From positions 1-64,000 of the IMG/VR virus record IMGVR_UViG_3300023179_006727: a DNA stretch of 64,000 nucleotides; one strand, given 5' to 3'. Shown one piece after another: positions 17,606-31,300 of the stretch. A model generated the notes under the pieces. It saw only the letters and a program-made list of their open reading frames with translations, made no database searches and was not told where the DNA came from. Both the position numbers and the translations under genes were made by a program. Position 1 is the first letter of the stretch. Each line of letters opens with the position of its first letter. The stretch is from a virus.

Positions 17606-19537
17606 TTAAGGAGTTCCTACGTTCAATGTTGGGTATGCTCTATTAGATCCCCAAATGATACGGACAATGCCTGGTGCGCCCCACATACCGTTACCTGGGT
17701 TATAGTCAAGGTTGGGGAAAGCAGATAAATCTAATACACCCCCTGCGCCACCTCCACCAAAAAGTCCACCATTATAAAATTGGGTATTATCTCTTGGGTC
17801 TGTATATGATAAATCTCTTCCATAATTGACTTGATTTCCATTTGTCCCACCTGCGAAGCCATGAGATCCACTACCATGTGCACTGCCACCCCCACCCCCT
17901 GCAGCACCATTGGTTGTTTGACCTAGATAACCAACTCCTCCACCACTACCACCTAAAGGAACATAGCCAGCAGTGCCTACAGTTCCTGTAAATGCTCCAC
18001 CCCCACCACCTCCACCTTGACCTGCAGTAGGTTGGATGGCTGTGGTTGTCCATGATGCACCATTACCACCTGAACCTGAGTATCCTGCTGCACCACCTCC
18101 ACCACCCCCACGTTGGTTAGCATTAGGTGATCCTAAACCACCATCCCCACCTTTTTGAAATCCAAAAGTACCATAACCTTGAGGGAATCCATTTATTTGA
18201 TAGAATGAGCTACCTTTTCCTAAACTAGGGTCGATGGATCCCGAACTACCACCTTCACCACCTGCTATAAGAAGTGTACCCTTCGCACCATTATTAATAT
18301 TGAGTAAAACACCACCACCTCGATCACCTGCACCTTCGCCTGACAATGCGGGGTGTCCTGCATATAATCCCACGAGCATAAATACATCCCCAGGCGCCAC
18401 AGGTATATCATTTACCCATAACATAGACCCTCCACCTCCCCCTTGTCCATTACGAGTTGAAGTTGCTGCCCCTCCGCCTCCACCACCTGATATCATAATT
18501 ACACAAACTGATGAGACACCACTTGGAACAGTCCAAAAAAGGTTAACGTTCTGAGGATTTATAGGGTTTCGTGCTTGACCATAAAATGTAATACTGCTAG
18601 GTTGTCCTCCTCCTCCGCTTGTTCCACCACCCCCTCCAGGCGTTGGTACCGCAGGAGTAGATGATGCTACAAAATTTGGAACAACAATATTAGGTTGGCC
18701 CCAAGAATTTATAGCCATTCCATTCATGGTAGGATTACGTACAAGTACAGTTACTGTAAAAACACCTGTAACATTATCTGCCCATACATTAGTGTGATTA
18801 TCATTTAAGTTTATAGCAAAGCTTAAAGAATTTGTACCTTGTCCTGCTACGTCAACAGTTAATGTATTACTCGAATATGCACCTGAACCACTTGCGCTAT
18901 ACATGCGGCCTGGGGATTGGTAATAACCACAACTACCTGATGCTGTTCCGCCAACTGATTGTGCTTGTAACCACATGGTACCTGCATTTGCACATAATGT
19001 TGCCCAATTATTATCTTGTGGGGTACCACTACCACCATTATATGATATAGTGATGTTTATTCTTCCACCTGCATTAAAAAAATATCTTGCTGCGTTAGCG
19101 TTTGCCCATGTTATGGTAGCTGTAGTACCTAATGTTGCGTTCCAAGGTTGAGAATATGATCCACGAACAGGAGCTAAATCTGAAAATTGTGTATAATTAC
19201 CAAAACGATTATTAGTTGCACCTGTATCACATAATTGATTTATTGTAGTATCTAATTGATTAAGCCAAGCAACAATGTTTCCTGTTATGGGTGGTGTTAT
19301 TGATGTTGCTCCACCTACTTCATGTGTCGATATATTATTTAAAGTTTGTATCAACGTACCCCATTGCTCAGGATTAGTCGTTAAACCTGCAGTAACTGTT
19401 CCACCAACTGTAACAGAAGATAAGGCAGGTTGTCCCCAACCATAACTTCCACTGCCTGTGCCCCAAACATTTTCTACTAAAGTTTCACGGCTATTATAGT
19501 CCGCAGCAGCAACTAAACCATACTGAACATAAGTCAT
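17606..19537 (-). CDS. Tail fibre/adhesin with C-terminal glycine-rich domain (gp38-like polyglycine type)
   Basis: WTVPSGVSSVCVIMISGGGGG...GGGG...GIVRIIW pattern, typical of phage Gly-rich receptor-binding domains. Confidence 0.8.
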   Translation of the reverse strand: MTYVQYGLVAAADYNSRETLVENVWGTGSGSYGWGQPALSSVTVGGTVTAGLTTNPEQWGTLIQTLNNISTHEVGGATSITPPITGNIVAWLNQLDTTINQLCDTGATNNRFGNYTQFSDLAPVRGSYSQPWNATLGTTATITWANANAARYFFNAGGRINITISYNGGSGTPQDNNWATLCANAGTMWLQAQSVGGTASGSCGYYQSPGRMYSASGSGAYSSNTLTVDVAGQGTNSLSFAINLNDNHTNVWADNVTGVFTVTVLVRNPTMNGMAINSWGQPNIVVPNFVASSTPAVPTPGGGGGTSGGGGQPSSITFYGQARNPINPQNVNLFWTVPSGVSSVCVIMISGGGGGGAATSTRNGQGGGGGSMLWVNDIPVAPGDVFMLVGLYAGHPALSGEGAGDRGGGVLLNINNGAKGTLLIAGGEGGSSGSIDPSLGKGSSFYQINGFPQGYGTFGFQKGGDGGLGSPNANQRGGGGGGAAGYSGSGGNGASWTTTAIQPTAGQGGGGGGGAFTGTVGTAGYVPLGGSGGGVGYLGQTTNGAAGGGGGSAHGSGSHGFAGGTNGNQVNYGRDLSYTDPRDNTQFYNGGLFGGGGAGGVLDLSAFPNLDYNPGNGMWGAPGIVRIIWGSNRAYPTLNVGTP

Positions 19538-19548
19538 TTAGCCCACCA

Positions 19549-21516
19549 TTAACTTAATTTAGCATTAACCGCTGCTAAAACTCTTCCGAATTCTTCAGTA
19601 ATTTTATTTTCTAATGCTCGCCCAATAGTATTAAAACTATTTGCTTCTCCTTTTTTAGCTGCTCGTGCATAACCATTTCCTGCACTAACTAGACGATCAC
19701 CTTTTTTAATCTTTCCAAATACTTTAACTTGTACTCTACCTGCTAATGCAACTGCAGGATGTGTTGAGCAATTACCTGCTGCACCATTCATTAAATAAGC
19801 AGCAGTATTACTAATTACACCAAATACGTTTTCACTAGCATCTTCACGTACTGCAGTAATTTCTTTTTCACCACCCAATTCAACAACTGTACCTGCATCA
19901 TAACTGAAATCACTCTCGAATCGTTCTGCCAAGTCAGCGTATGTTGCTTGTAAATTAGAACCTGCTGTCAATGTCCATGTACCTGTCATAGATCCCGCAG
20001 TAGCAGCACTTCCTGTTGTAATCGCAGGGGTTGTAATACCATACTGAAATGTTGCCGCATTAGCAGTTGTACTATTTCTAATAATTGCAGGTTGAACCGA
20101 ATTACTAGATCCGTATGCAAAAATCAACTCTGCTGATCCACCTGTTCCACTACGATAAATTTGCCCATCATCAATAATGTTGTTAAAAGAAACTATACCT
20201 GTTCTAGAAAATAATGAATTACCTGATAAGTTAGCAGCAGAATAAATGTTGCCTGCCGCACCAATACTACCTTGTACTTGCAATGCACCGTACCCAGGTA
20301 AACCAAACAAATATGTCGTGCTTTGAGCATTTACAGTGTCTGTTCCACGAATCATAGCATAATTATTTGATAAACCTGTTCCTAAATTTAAATTTGCTAA
20401 TATTCTAGCCCCACCTTGTAAATTAAATGCTCCACTTGTTGCACTACTGTTCGAATCATTTGTTCCATAAACTGTAAGCACTGCAGCAGTATTTGTTGCT
20501 CCTGTTCCACCTGTAGTTGTAACGTCTGCTCCAACAATAACATTACCTCTTGTTAGTACTGCATTATTACTATAGATGTTTGGACCCATTGATACTGCAG
20601 GTACACCACCAACTTGTATAAGAACAGGTCCTTGTGATACACTATTTGACCCATAACCACCTTGAAGTAAAATATTACTACTAGTAGTATTCAATGTTAT
20701 GGTATTTGCGCCTGTCGATACACTAAACGACCCAGGCCCACTAAACGTCATCTGACCTGCTTGCACAGAAAAGATATTACCACCACTTATAGCAACATTC
20801 ATTTGTGATGATACAATATTTGCATTAGAACCAATCGAAATATTACTATTAGCAATTGATGGTGGTACAATAAATAAATTACCTTGTACTGTTAAATTTG
20901 CTTCTGTGGTTTCTGTATAAGTTAAATAACTTGCTCCTACTGCCACAGAATTTGAATTTGTATAAATTACAGCATTAGTGCTACCACCAACAATTAGGTT
21001 ACCTGTAACATTTCCTGATAAAGTACCTACAATGTTGCCACCAACATGTAAATTACCACCAATACCTACCCCACCTACAACTGTTATTGCGCCTGTAACG
21101 GTTGATGTAGCAGCAGTATTGTTCGTGACTTGAAGAGGACCGTCAAATCGACTATTACCTGTTACATAAATCCATCCATTGGTTGTAACATTACCATCAA
21201 AAATAGGGTTATTAGGATCACCATCTGTTGTTAGAATACTTGTCCATGTGCTAGAGAAACCTGGGCCACCATCGGTTAAAGCTACACTTAATACATTGGA
21301 TGTAGGACTAAACCAAAGTTGACCTGTTAAACTATTCAATGGTGCGTTTGCACTACTAAAATTTTCTAATAAATGAACAAAATTTGTATCTAGAAACTGT
21401 CCATACCCATTGTAATTACGCCCAGGTAACTGCAACGTCGAGTATGCTTGACTTATCGTACCATCAGGTATAGTTGTTAATAAGTTTCCATCTGTCTTTA
21501 AAATTTGATATGCCAT
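19549..21516 (-). CDS. Tail fibre protein with C-terminal intramolecular chaperone/autocleavage (peptidase G2-like) domain
   Basis: N-terminal YGQFLDTNFVHLLENF...GQLW; GAITVVGGVGIGGNLHVGG shaft repeats; C-terminal YADLAERF...GVIS...ALAGRVQVKV...KGDRLVS...IGRALE. Confidence 0.8.
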   Translation of the reverse strand: MAYQILKTDGNLLTTIPDGTISQAYSTLQLPGRNYNGYGQFLDTNFVHLLENFSSANAPLNSLTGQLWFSPTSNVLSVALTDGGPGFSSTWTSILTTDGDPNNPIFDGNVTTNGWIYVTGNSRFDGPLQVTNNTAATSTVTGAITVVGGVGIGGNLHVGGNIVGTLSGNVTGNLIVGGSTNAVIYTNSNSVAVGASYLTYTETTEANLTVQGNLFIVPPSIANSNISIGSNANIVSSQMNVAISGGNIFSVQAGQMTFSGPGSFSVSTGANTITLNTTSSNILLQGGYGSNSVSQGPVLIQVGGVPAVSMGPNIYSNNAVLTRGNVIVGADVTTTGGTGATNTAAVLTVYGTNDSNSSATSGAFNLQGGARILANLNLGTGLSNNYAMIRGTDTVNAQSTTYLFGLPGYGALQVQGSIGAAGNIYSAANLSGNSLFSRTGIVSFNNIIDDGQIYRSGTGGSAELIFAYGSSNSVQPAIIRNSTTANAATFQYGITTPAITTGSAATAGSMTGTWTLTAGSNLQATYADLAERFESDFSYDAGTVVELGGEKEITAVREDASENVFGVISNTAAYLMNGAAGNCSTHPAVALAGRVQVKVFGKIKKGDRLVSAGNGYARAAKKGEANSFNTIGRALENKITEEFGRVLAAVNAKLS

Positions 21517-21544
21517 ATTCTAATTTCCGTGTTAAAATTATTTA

Positions 21545-22162
21545 TCATATGGTTACTAAGTTAGTTAAGGTCTGTATTCTAACCGTATAATCAATTTGAA
21601 TCTGACGATTTAACGCTTTTTGCACAGGATGAAAAATAGCATGACTTAATAATTTAGTATTAATCGCACCTGTACTGTCTGTACCATAATTTGCCAATAA
21701 ACCCAATTCATCAAATACGTATAACCCATCATTATTGGTCGCATTGTCAAATGCCTGTTGACCTGCAGGTTCACCGTAATCTAATAAACATTGTACTAAA
21801 ATGTCTGTATAAACTTTACCATTAACATGACTTACAATCATTCTATTACGTGCTGCATTAATATTTGTAGACAATGTATCATCAACAATTTTTTGATAGG
21901 TTTGATTATATAATGAAGCATTTTGGCCCGTAGTGTTTGGTGGCAAATATGTAATAATACCCGTTTCATCAACACTAGCTCCACCATTACCAAAAGCCAT
22001 CTGATAAATGCTACCGTAACCACGATCACTCAAAGTATATGCCATTGCCTCACTCATATTTTCATAGTGAATAGCATTTTTAGTGTCTAGTAATATTTCA
22101 CCATTACTTAAATCACTTATCTTTATAAATCCTTGAATTTGTATCGTTAGCATATCACTCAT
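21545..22162 (-). CDS. Conserved baseplate/structural protein
   Basis: 205 aa with MAFGNGG, FDELGL and FHPVQK motifs; lies within the baseplate operon. Confidence 0.7.
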   Translation of the reverse strand: MSDMLTIQIQGFIKISDLSNGEILLDTKNAIHYENMSEAMAYTLSDRGYGSIYQMAFGNGGASVDETGIITYLPPNTTGQNASLYNQTYQKIVDDTLSTNINAARNRMIVSHVNGKVYTDILVQCLLDYGEPAGQQAFDNATNNDGLYVFDELGLLANYGTDSTGAINTKLLSHAIFHPVQKALNRQIQIDYTVRIQTLTNLVTI

Positions 22163-22174
22163 TTGTTTTTTCCA

Positions 22175-22321
22175 TTAATCACACCTTTTTTGAACAAACG
22201 TTTGTTTAGTCTGTGGATCAAAAATTTTTAAAGAAGTCATAAAATAGAAACCTCCCGTTTCATTAGGCTTTTTTTCTATTTTTTCTACTTTGTGAGGCTT
22301 ATTTTCTTCTTTTTTATCCAT
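22175..22321 (-). CDS. Small 48-aa protein missing from the ORF track
   Basis: MDKKEENKPHKVEKIEKKPNETGGFYFMTSLKIFDPQTKQTFVQKRCD*; fills the intergenic gap; TAAATA at 22328-22333, 6 nt before the ATG. Confidence 0.75.
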   Translation of the reverse strand: MDKKEENKPHKVEKIEKKPNETGGFYFMTSLKIFDPQTKQTFVQKRCD

Positions 22322-22337
22322 ATTTTATATTTATCTT

Positions 22338-25300
22338 TTAATCATATCCACGTCTTAAGAATTCAGCAGGTGGTGTCTCACTAATTTGTAATGGATTGTT
22401 TCTAGCATCATTCCATAATGAACTATAATACCCACTCCATAATATATTACTTGGTAATGCACTTTTTACTAATGACCCCCTTGGAATTGTTTCATTAGTA
22501 ATAGTACCACCATAACCACGTGATAAACCACTTATACTATTATTTCCAAGAGTAGTATCAAAATACTTAAACTTGATATATTCACCATTAATGACTACAG
22601 TGTTTCCAACATAAACAAGAATTCTTACAGGAGTTCCTAAATCATAGGTTTTATTAACTAAAATACTAAAGTAACTATCAGGTACGTAAGTTGCAATATT
22701 TTCAACTAAATAAGTTCCACCACTACTATACGCAGTATAACTACTTGTATTTAAAGGTATGGTTAAATTATCATCTTGATATAAAGCAAACTGATTAGGT
22801 AAGTAACCTGTTGTTTTTGCATAATATGTCAAACCATTTACTTCATACATACCACCAACATTTTGTAATACTACAGCATCACTATCATTTAAATCATGAT
22901 TGTTTGTTGTAGTAACAATACCCGTAGACGAATTGGAAATATTACTAATATACTTTGTACCAATGATTTCTACTTTACTTACTTGATTTGAAACTAAAAT
23001 AGGATCTTCTACCATTATGGTTGGTAATGCACCTACAACATCATTTCGTTCTATAATATCAAATAAATTAATTACTCTATCAACAAAAATCTTGTCAATA
23101 GGTGGATCTTGTGGATAATATTCACTTACAAAAGTACAATCTGTCGTTGGCACACGCATAACAGTTGGTTGACTGTTTTTGTTTAAATGTATAGTAAAGT
23201 TTTGAGCATTGGGGGAGGCACCTGGGGTCATACTGAGTATGCCAATTTCATCTGTTACAATAATTTCTCTAAAAATCTGAACTTGATTATGAGTTATTAT
23301 AAAGTTACTTTCATCCACCCGATACCCATTAATTGTTATCCATAATCTGCTTTTATCTAAAATTATAAAATCAGGCTGATCTAAAAAGAATATATCTTTA
23401 TTAAAAGCATATCCATTTCCTATAACATTTTCACTACCACTATCAACTAATATAGTAAATGTTGTATTGGTGGGTGTTGATAATACTTCAAATTCACTAC
23501 CAAAACCATTTGATTGATCATAATCAACAGAATTAGTTCTATTAATTATAACTATTTCACCTTCAACAAAACTATGAGCATTTACTGTCGTTACTGTTGC
23601 AACAGTTCCCGAAACAATAATACTACTAATAGAATTAACTTTAGCACCGACAATACCTAATGTACTTAAACTTTGTTGTGCAGTGCGATTAAATGATGTT
23701 ACAGTAATTAAATCACCTGTATTTTGAATTGGAATATTTAATGTTAACGATGCTGAACCTGTTGCATGGTTATAAACAATGTCATAAGGATCACTTACGT
23801 TCGTATTGTCAATGTATATAATGTCAATATAATCTCCAACATTAGGTGGTGTAATAAATGTAACATAAGGTATATCATTAGAGTCATAAGTTACTGTATA
23901 ATCAACCAAATATTGCTGCACTACACCATTAATAGATGGTACCAATTCACCTAGTACATTGCTAGCAGGATTAAATCCATAAACCTGAGTAGCATTTGTT
24001 GGGTTACCTGCAAGATTTGTATAAGCTAAATAAATAGCTCCATGTTGGCCTACCGTAATTGTTTCGTTAGTTACTAATACTAATTCACCATAGATACTAT
24101 ATTCAATATATGCACTAACACGTATTCCTGTCCAAGTAGTCGCCGCCCCTGTAATTTCATAAATTAACGAAGTAAATGGCGCAATTTGATCAAAATCACC
24201 TACTGCGTAAAATGCAGGATTTCCACTTGCTTTATAGTCAGAATTATAAGCAATTTTATTAAAAGGAGTAGTAGATGGTAGTGATGTATCAATTCCTGTT
24301 ATACTAAAAGTAGAAGTTATTGTTCCTCCAACATAATTAATGTCATAACCATATGCCCATGGTTGACCATTATATGTCACTGCATTGTTTTGTCCAACTA
24401 CAATGATATAACCTGTTGCTCTATCAAAATCAACACTGCGCATAGATCCAATATTATCAAAACTTGAGTTAAAAGGAACAATCGTTACTGTAGTTAATGC
24501 TGAATCAATTAATGCTATAACACCATTTACTTGGTTAGTTAAACCCAAATATGATGTATCTGATGGTAATGGAGCACGTGCATTTGGTAAATTATTACAA
24601 TCGCCTATAATTACAAATGTAGAACTTATGCTATTAAAAATAATTTGCCTAAAATTATATTCATGGGTTGTTTCTTGTGTATTATAAGAAATCGGAATAT
24701 TAGGTTGAGTTAATCCTGAATTCCAAATTACACCGTTACTTGTTTTTAATATTTGTCTAGCTGCCCCAACAGCAACAAAACTTGAATTGCTTGCACTATA
24801 AATAATTGAATATAAATCTTCAGCAGTTGGTGGTGATTGTAATTGCCAACCAACTCGTAAATTATGTGCATTGACAATATTAGCTATTGACATTGTAATT
24901 ACAGTGCCATTATTTCCAACAATAACAAATACGCCATTTCCTACAGCAATACTAGTAAGATTTTCAGTAGTTACAGCTATTTGTGGCACCCAATCCAAAG
25001 GATTATCAAAATCATCAATGTTAATAATGATAGTACCGTTATTACCAACTGCCACATAATATGTATATACTACAGATGCTATAGTTACTGTGCCTGTTGT
25101 TATATCATTAATTGCACTTGTTAGAGATAATGGTATTGGAGCTACATAACTTGAAGAACCATTACTAATATACACTCTGCGTAATTCATCAAGCAATCTT
25201 TTACCATTAATTTCAACTACTGCATTAGTTTCATTAGTATCTCCTGTAAATACAGGATCACCAATAAAATTAGTTAAAGGTATTATTTGACTAATTGGTT

Positions 25301-28300
25301 GCGGATAAGCAAATGTTAAAACATTTGTTACAGCTATACCACTTACACTACTTAATTTCAAATCCGTAGAATTAAGTACATTGTCTACTAAAATGCTACC
25401 TGATATTGATCCACCACTTACATACATCCCTTGATAAATGTCAGTTGTTGAATTTAATGTAATAACAGAATTAGCTACATCTATAGCACTTACAGTTGCT
25501 AAAGTAGTACCCACAGTTGATAAAACTACTGTTTGGGTTTCAGGTATACTATAACCATAATTTGTTTTACCTGTCCCCGCATTATAATTTCCACTATTAC
25601 CTAATATAACATAGCTCAACCAATCATCTTCAGTGACTGCTTGTTTTAATACTATTTTTACTTTACCCAATGGATCATTTGCTTGATTAATTGGTGTAAT
25701 ATAATAATCTGTATTAGCAACCGCACTAAAATCAGTAAATGTTAAATTAGTTCCATACACAACAGTAACATTAGCGTCAAGCGTTACTACTGCATTATAA
25801 TTTAATGCCAAATTACTAAACACAACGTCCATAACATTTGGTTCTTCAATTAGTCCATAAGCCAACATTGTTGTACCAATTTCAATTCCTCTACCATCTA
25901 ATACATTAACTTGATTACTATTTGCTGAAGTAGTTATTGAAATTGTAGTATATGAACTATCAGCAGGTGGATAGTAATTTAATTTACGATATATTCCTGA
26001 TTCTGCATTATACAAATATACTAAAGGAGTAGCATATACTTGATTGATATAATTAAAAGTATTACTTGTTATAGGTAATTCACTTAAAATAGGATCTCTT
26101 GCAAAACTAAAAACTTCACGATAACTTGCATCTAAATAAATGTCAGTTAACGCTCCTGTAGAATTTGCTATGACAGGATTAACTTTGGTGTTTGTTCTTA
26201 CTAATTCATTACCACCACCTACTTCATACACATAAGCATCAATAGTATATGTTGGGTTTGCATTAATCCATTGATGATTCATTGTAACAATTTTATCGTT
26301 CCAATCAACATAATATACATTAGCGTCTGCTGCTGTAGTTGGTGGATTAACTAATCTTGTTTGATTATAAGTTTCAAATACCCACATAGGTTTATTTTGT
26401 ACACTAGCTAATGGTGGATTTAAATTTACCGTGGTTAATGTAGTCAAACTACTATAAACTACATTAGTTACAGTACCTATATTGGCATTTCCTAATGGGT
26501 TAATATTATAATCACTTTGTGTTACAATATCTCCAACAACAAATGCTTGGGTCAAATCACCTGAAAACACTAATGTATTTGCAATAGAATTTCCTAAATC
26601 AGGCGTAACTGTTGTATTTCTGTATATTGGACTATCTGTCATTTTTTCGTATAATATTAAGTCCATTGGATTTTCAACAATGCCCTCAAAACTGAATTCA
26701 GTACCTGAAAAACTAAACACCGTATTAGCATTTGCAGCATTTAATGTATTTGCACTTAATCCAATTGAATTGTTATTATAATATATATTTGATACTATAG
26801 TATTTGCACTAATTAAGTTAGCAGTTGTTGTATTAATTAGTTGACCAATTCTTACTCTATCTAAATTGTCAATTGTAATTGTTGCAACATTGTTTGCAAC
26901 ATATGAAGTCATTACCTTAGTAAATGTTATTTGTTCTAAATTTGGACTAAAGTTTACACAATTAAAACCTGTATGATCAACAAGCACATTACCTAATACT
27001 GCATTTGCATATGCTTGAACACCACTAAATGTAATATTTGCACCATTAGTAAAATCACCTCTTACATTAACAAAAACTGTATTATTGCTAACATTTTCAA
27101 CTAATGTATTAGCATCAATTGATGGTGTAGTTGTAACTGTCATGCCTGAAACTATACCATTTGCATTAGCTACATTAAAACTATAACTATTGGCAATAGT
27201 ACCATTTACTGTAGTTGTAATTATTGTGGGAGCAGTAATGGTAACCATTGGTTGTATTTCATCACTGTAACCTTCACCACCATTTGTTATACGAATTCCA
27301 ATTAATTCTTCATCAACAACTACTACTTTTGGTGGGTATGCAGGATCATACCCCAACCCAGGCTGCGTCACCACCACTCCTGTAATTGTGCCATTTCTAA
27401 TTTGCGCTACTGCTTGTGCTTGTAATCCACTAGTATTAATATCATTATTTGCATATCTAGGTTGATCAATGATAATCGTAGGTGGTGCTCCATAACCAAA
27501 CCCTGCATTTTGAACATAAATTGCCAATACTCTACCTTCGTTAATCGCACCTACAGGACCGACCAATACATTACCCAACCTTGCATTTTTCCCATTTGTT
27601 ACTGCAACTGCTGTGGCATCAACTTCTATACCACCAAAAATTAATGGTAAAGTTGGTGGTGAATCAATAGTTACATCAGGTGGTACATAATATGCACTTC
27701 CAAAAGGTGGGCGTGTTATAATATTATTACTATTAACGTTATCATATAAATCAACAGAACTAACTCTAAAAACTTGAGTTGCCACAGTAGAATCGTAATC
27801 CCATAACGACCCAGGCCTACTCCTCACATTAATATCAATATTATCACTTACTACACCTGCAACTAGTTCAGGTGGAGCATAACCATCTGAGAATTGTCCA
27901 CCACTAACATCATAAACTGTTATATCAACTGATGTAAAACTAGGTGAAATTAAGTCAGTATCATAATAAAATTGTGGAGTTAATACTTCATCAAGTTGTC
28001 CACCAAAGTATATATTATTTGGATATTCAACACCTGACACAAGTTGTCTCACATCTACCCCAGGCATATCTATCGTTGGCGAATAATATACCTGAATTCT
28101 ATCAATGCCATTAATTAAGTTACTATCAGATTCTAATACAACCCAATTAGCAGTATCTAATGGTGGTGGAGTAGTGACTCCTGCAGGACTACCCGTAGCA
28201 ATATAAATATTACCTGCGTAGCTGACTTGAGTTGGAACTATTGTAATAGGTTGTGGAATAATAGTTTGTATCGCATTAATATTGTTACCATAAATGTCAA

Positions 28301-31300
28301 CGAATGTAGTTTCAGGAACAGGATTAGTTAATGCAGGATCATAATACAAATCTATTGTATTAAAGTTTCCTCCATCATTAATAACTTTTACATAAAATTG
28401 ATTATCATTGTACCAACCACCGCTGAATACTACCTCATTGTTACCTCCTAATGTAAATGTTTGAAAATTATTTAAGTACACTGTACCTGCAGGGGCGTTA
28501 GCCACATTTGGATCCGCAACTATATCGGTAATTACAGTATTTGCAACAATTTTACTTCCACTTATTGGCATATTAATATATAAACCACTTATATCATCAA
28601 TTTGAATTGTTGAATCAATAAATGCATTTGCGATAAGATTTGCGGTGATATTAGAGTTTACAAAGCTATAAACATTTATTAATTGTTTATTTGCCTGCCC
28701 AGGCGCTATAAAACTATTCGCAAAGTCCATATACATTTGCACACCATTAGTTTCAGTATTTGATGTAATAGCTGTATTGGCATCAAATCCAAGTTTAGCT
28801 CCTGCAGTCGCTGACGTAATATAATAATTTACGCTCCAATTTGTATATGATCCATTATTTGGACTAACACTAGTTACAGTGATATCAAAAGTATTAGCAG
28901 GTTCACCTACAATATTACTAATTGTACCAATTAAATATTTTGGATTACTCTGTGCTGAACTAGTGTAAATTGTAGTATTGGCAGCAATGGCATTAGTAGA
29001 AGTATAAGTATTAGTTAAAGTAACAATTGAAATATATGGTATAATATTACCACTTACAATTGCATTGCCTCCTGTATAACCTGTTGTATTTACAGGAGAG
29101 GTTTTCCAAACTAATTGTCCTTGAATAACATTTCCTGTTGTTGATGGATTTATAGGTGGGTTAATTTCAATATTGTTATTACTTGCCCAACGATTTAAAA
29201 TAATAAATGAAGTTGGATTATTATCGCCACCGAATTGTATTCTATCATGCACTTGTAAAATATTTGCGACATTTCCACCTGATAAATTTACAAATACTCC
29301 GCTACTATAATTAGCAGTAACTGTCAAACCTGATAATGATGCAGATTCATTATATAAATAAAACGCAGTATTAGATAAACGATTAGCATAAAAAGTAGTA
29401 TTATTAATAGAATTACCACTAATTGGAGTTACAGGAATGTCAGTTAAATACACTTTTTGCCAATTTGCTAAATAATGATTTGGATTGGATGTAGTTACAG
29501 TTGCTCTTACGTTTGCGGTAACAGTGGAAATTGGATTTTGATATTCTGCGGGAGTTCCAATTAAATAACTTCCATTCCATTGTGGTGTACCTAATAAATT
29601 AAAATCAGGTGAACCATTGCTTGCAAAACTTATAGCTGATCCACGTAAAGAGGCAGCACCACCGCCTGGGTTTAGTCCTTGGTTATCAATTATAGCAAAT
29701 TGTGTGAATGGAGAATTAGCCACACTGTATGTTGTAATTGGAAACCCATTACCATAAACTGCAGGTTCCCATACACTTAACGCACTAACTCTTATTTGTT
29801 GATTAGATTTAAAAACTGTAGGGGTTGATTCAGTGTTTATAGTTATTGTAGTCGGTAATGCACTAACATTAGGTACAGTAATAGTATCTAAACTTATAAC
29901 ACCATAATTTTCTCCACTAGCCAAAAACAAACTAGATGCCATACTTGTTCGATCAGTATATGGTCCTGCATATGCATTGTTTGCCCCATCCCACGATGAT
30001 ATTTGACTGCGGTAACTTGTTCTATCAAGCTTAATTGTTGTTCTTATTTCTCTTACAGGTTGTGATGTTGTGAAAATTACTGCTCTAGCAGTTTGGTTAA
30101 ACACATGACCATCCCCAATTGCGCCACCAAACATTAACACTTTATTTTGATTGTAGTTTACCTCAGCTCTTGTAGCAACAGCAGATGCTTTATTATAAAA
30201 TAAGAATATACTATTACTTGGTGCATCAACACGTACATAATAATAACTACCTATTTCAAGTCCTACAGGAGGAGTTGATCCATCTTCAACTGTATATCGG
30301 ATACAATCTCCTGTTTTTAAATCAGTGGTGGTGGTTAATACAACACGATTTGTTGCAACATTAACAAACGCACTTGCAGGAAAAATTTCACTGAACGCAG
30401 GTTCAATTATAATTTCAGGTTGAACAACATAACCATCACCTTCGTCAATTACTTCAACTTCTAATAAACGATCATTTGCCATTACAGGCTTCATAATAGC
30501 CTCTCGTCTTGGAGGTGGGTAAATGCTAGTATCTATAACTAAATCAATTGTAGGTGGATTTGTATATACTCTACCTGTATCAACAACAGTAACAGGTGGC
30601 ATGGGGCAGATCACGGGTTCGCCTGGGTCATGGGTGGAAATCGTACTACCAAATGCAGCTCTTCCTAATCCTGCTAATCTTCCACGATAATAATCGACGA
30701 AATCATAGGTTATAATTTCTTGACCAATTTGAATATAACCTGTAGTTGGTAATCCATGTGTATTACTTATATAAATATCTGTTGCGCTAAGACTTACGAA
30801 TATAGTTACTGTAGCGACTACTAGTTCTTCAACATCAAATGAATCAAGCTGTAAACCATAATTTGAAATCCAATTTCTATATGGTTGAGTTAACCAAATT
30901 GGATTTGTTAATGTATATTCATTATCTTGTACAGGATATTCGTCATAAATTAATATAGGACTTTCGAAACTATTTATAGATGCTTTATATGTAGCAGGTA
31001 CATCAAAATCACTGATATCACCGTCGTATAATTCGCCACCTTCATAGCGATAACTAAAATCATTAATGACTACATGGTATGGTTTTACTTCAGTAAGGTA
31101 ACCATCAAGAAATTCTTGTTGATCTCTTTGATATTTTTCGTATGGAATAAGTTGTCTTATTGTATGAGATACATCAATTAATGAAGTTTTATTGAGCCAA
31201 GGTATATAATTTCCACCTTGTTGTGCTTCACTCATAATATACTTAAACATTAAAATAAGACTACGATTGCGCTCAATTTGTAAATCATTTATAAATATTT

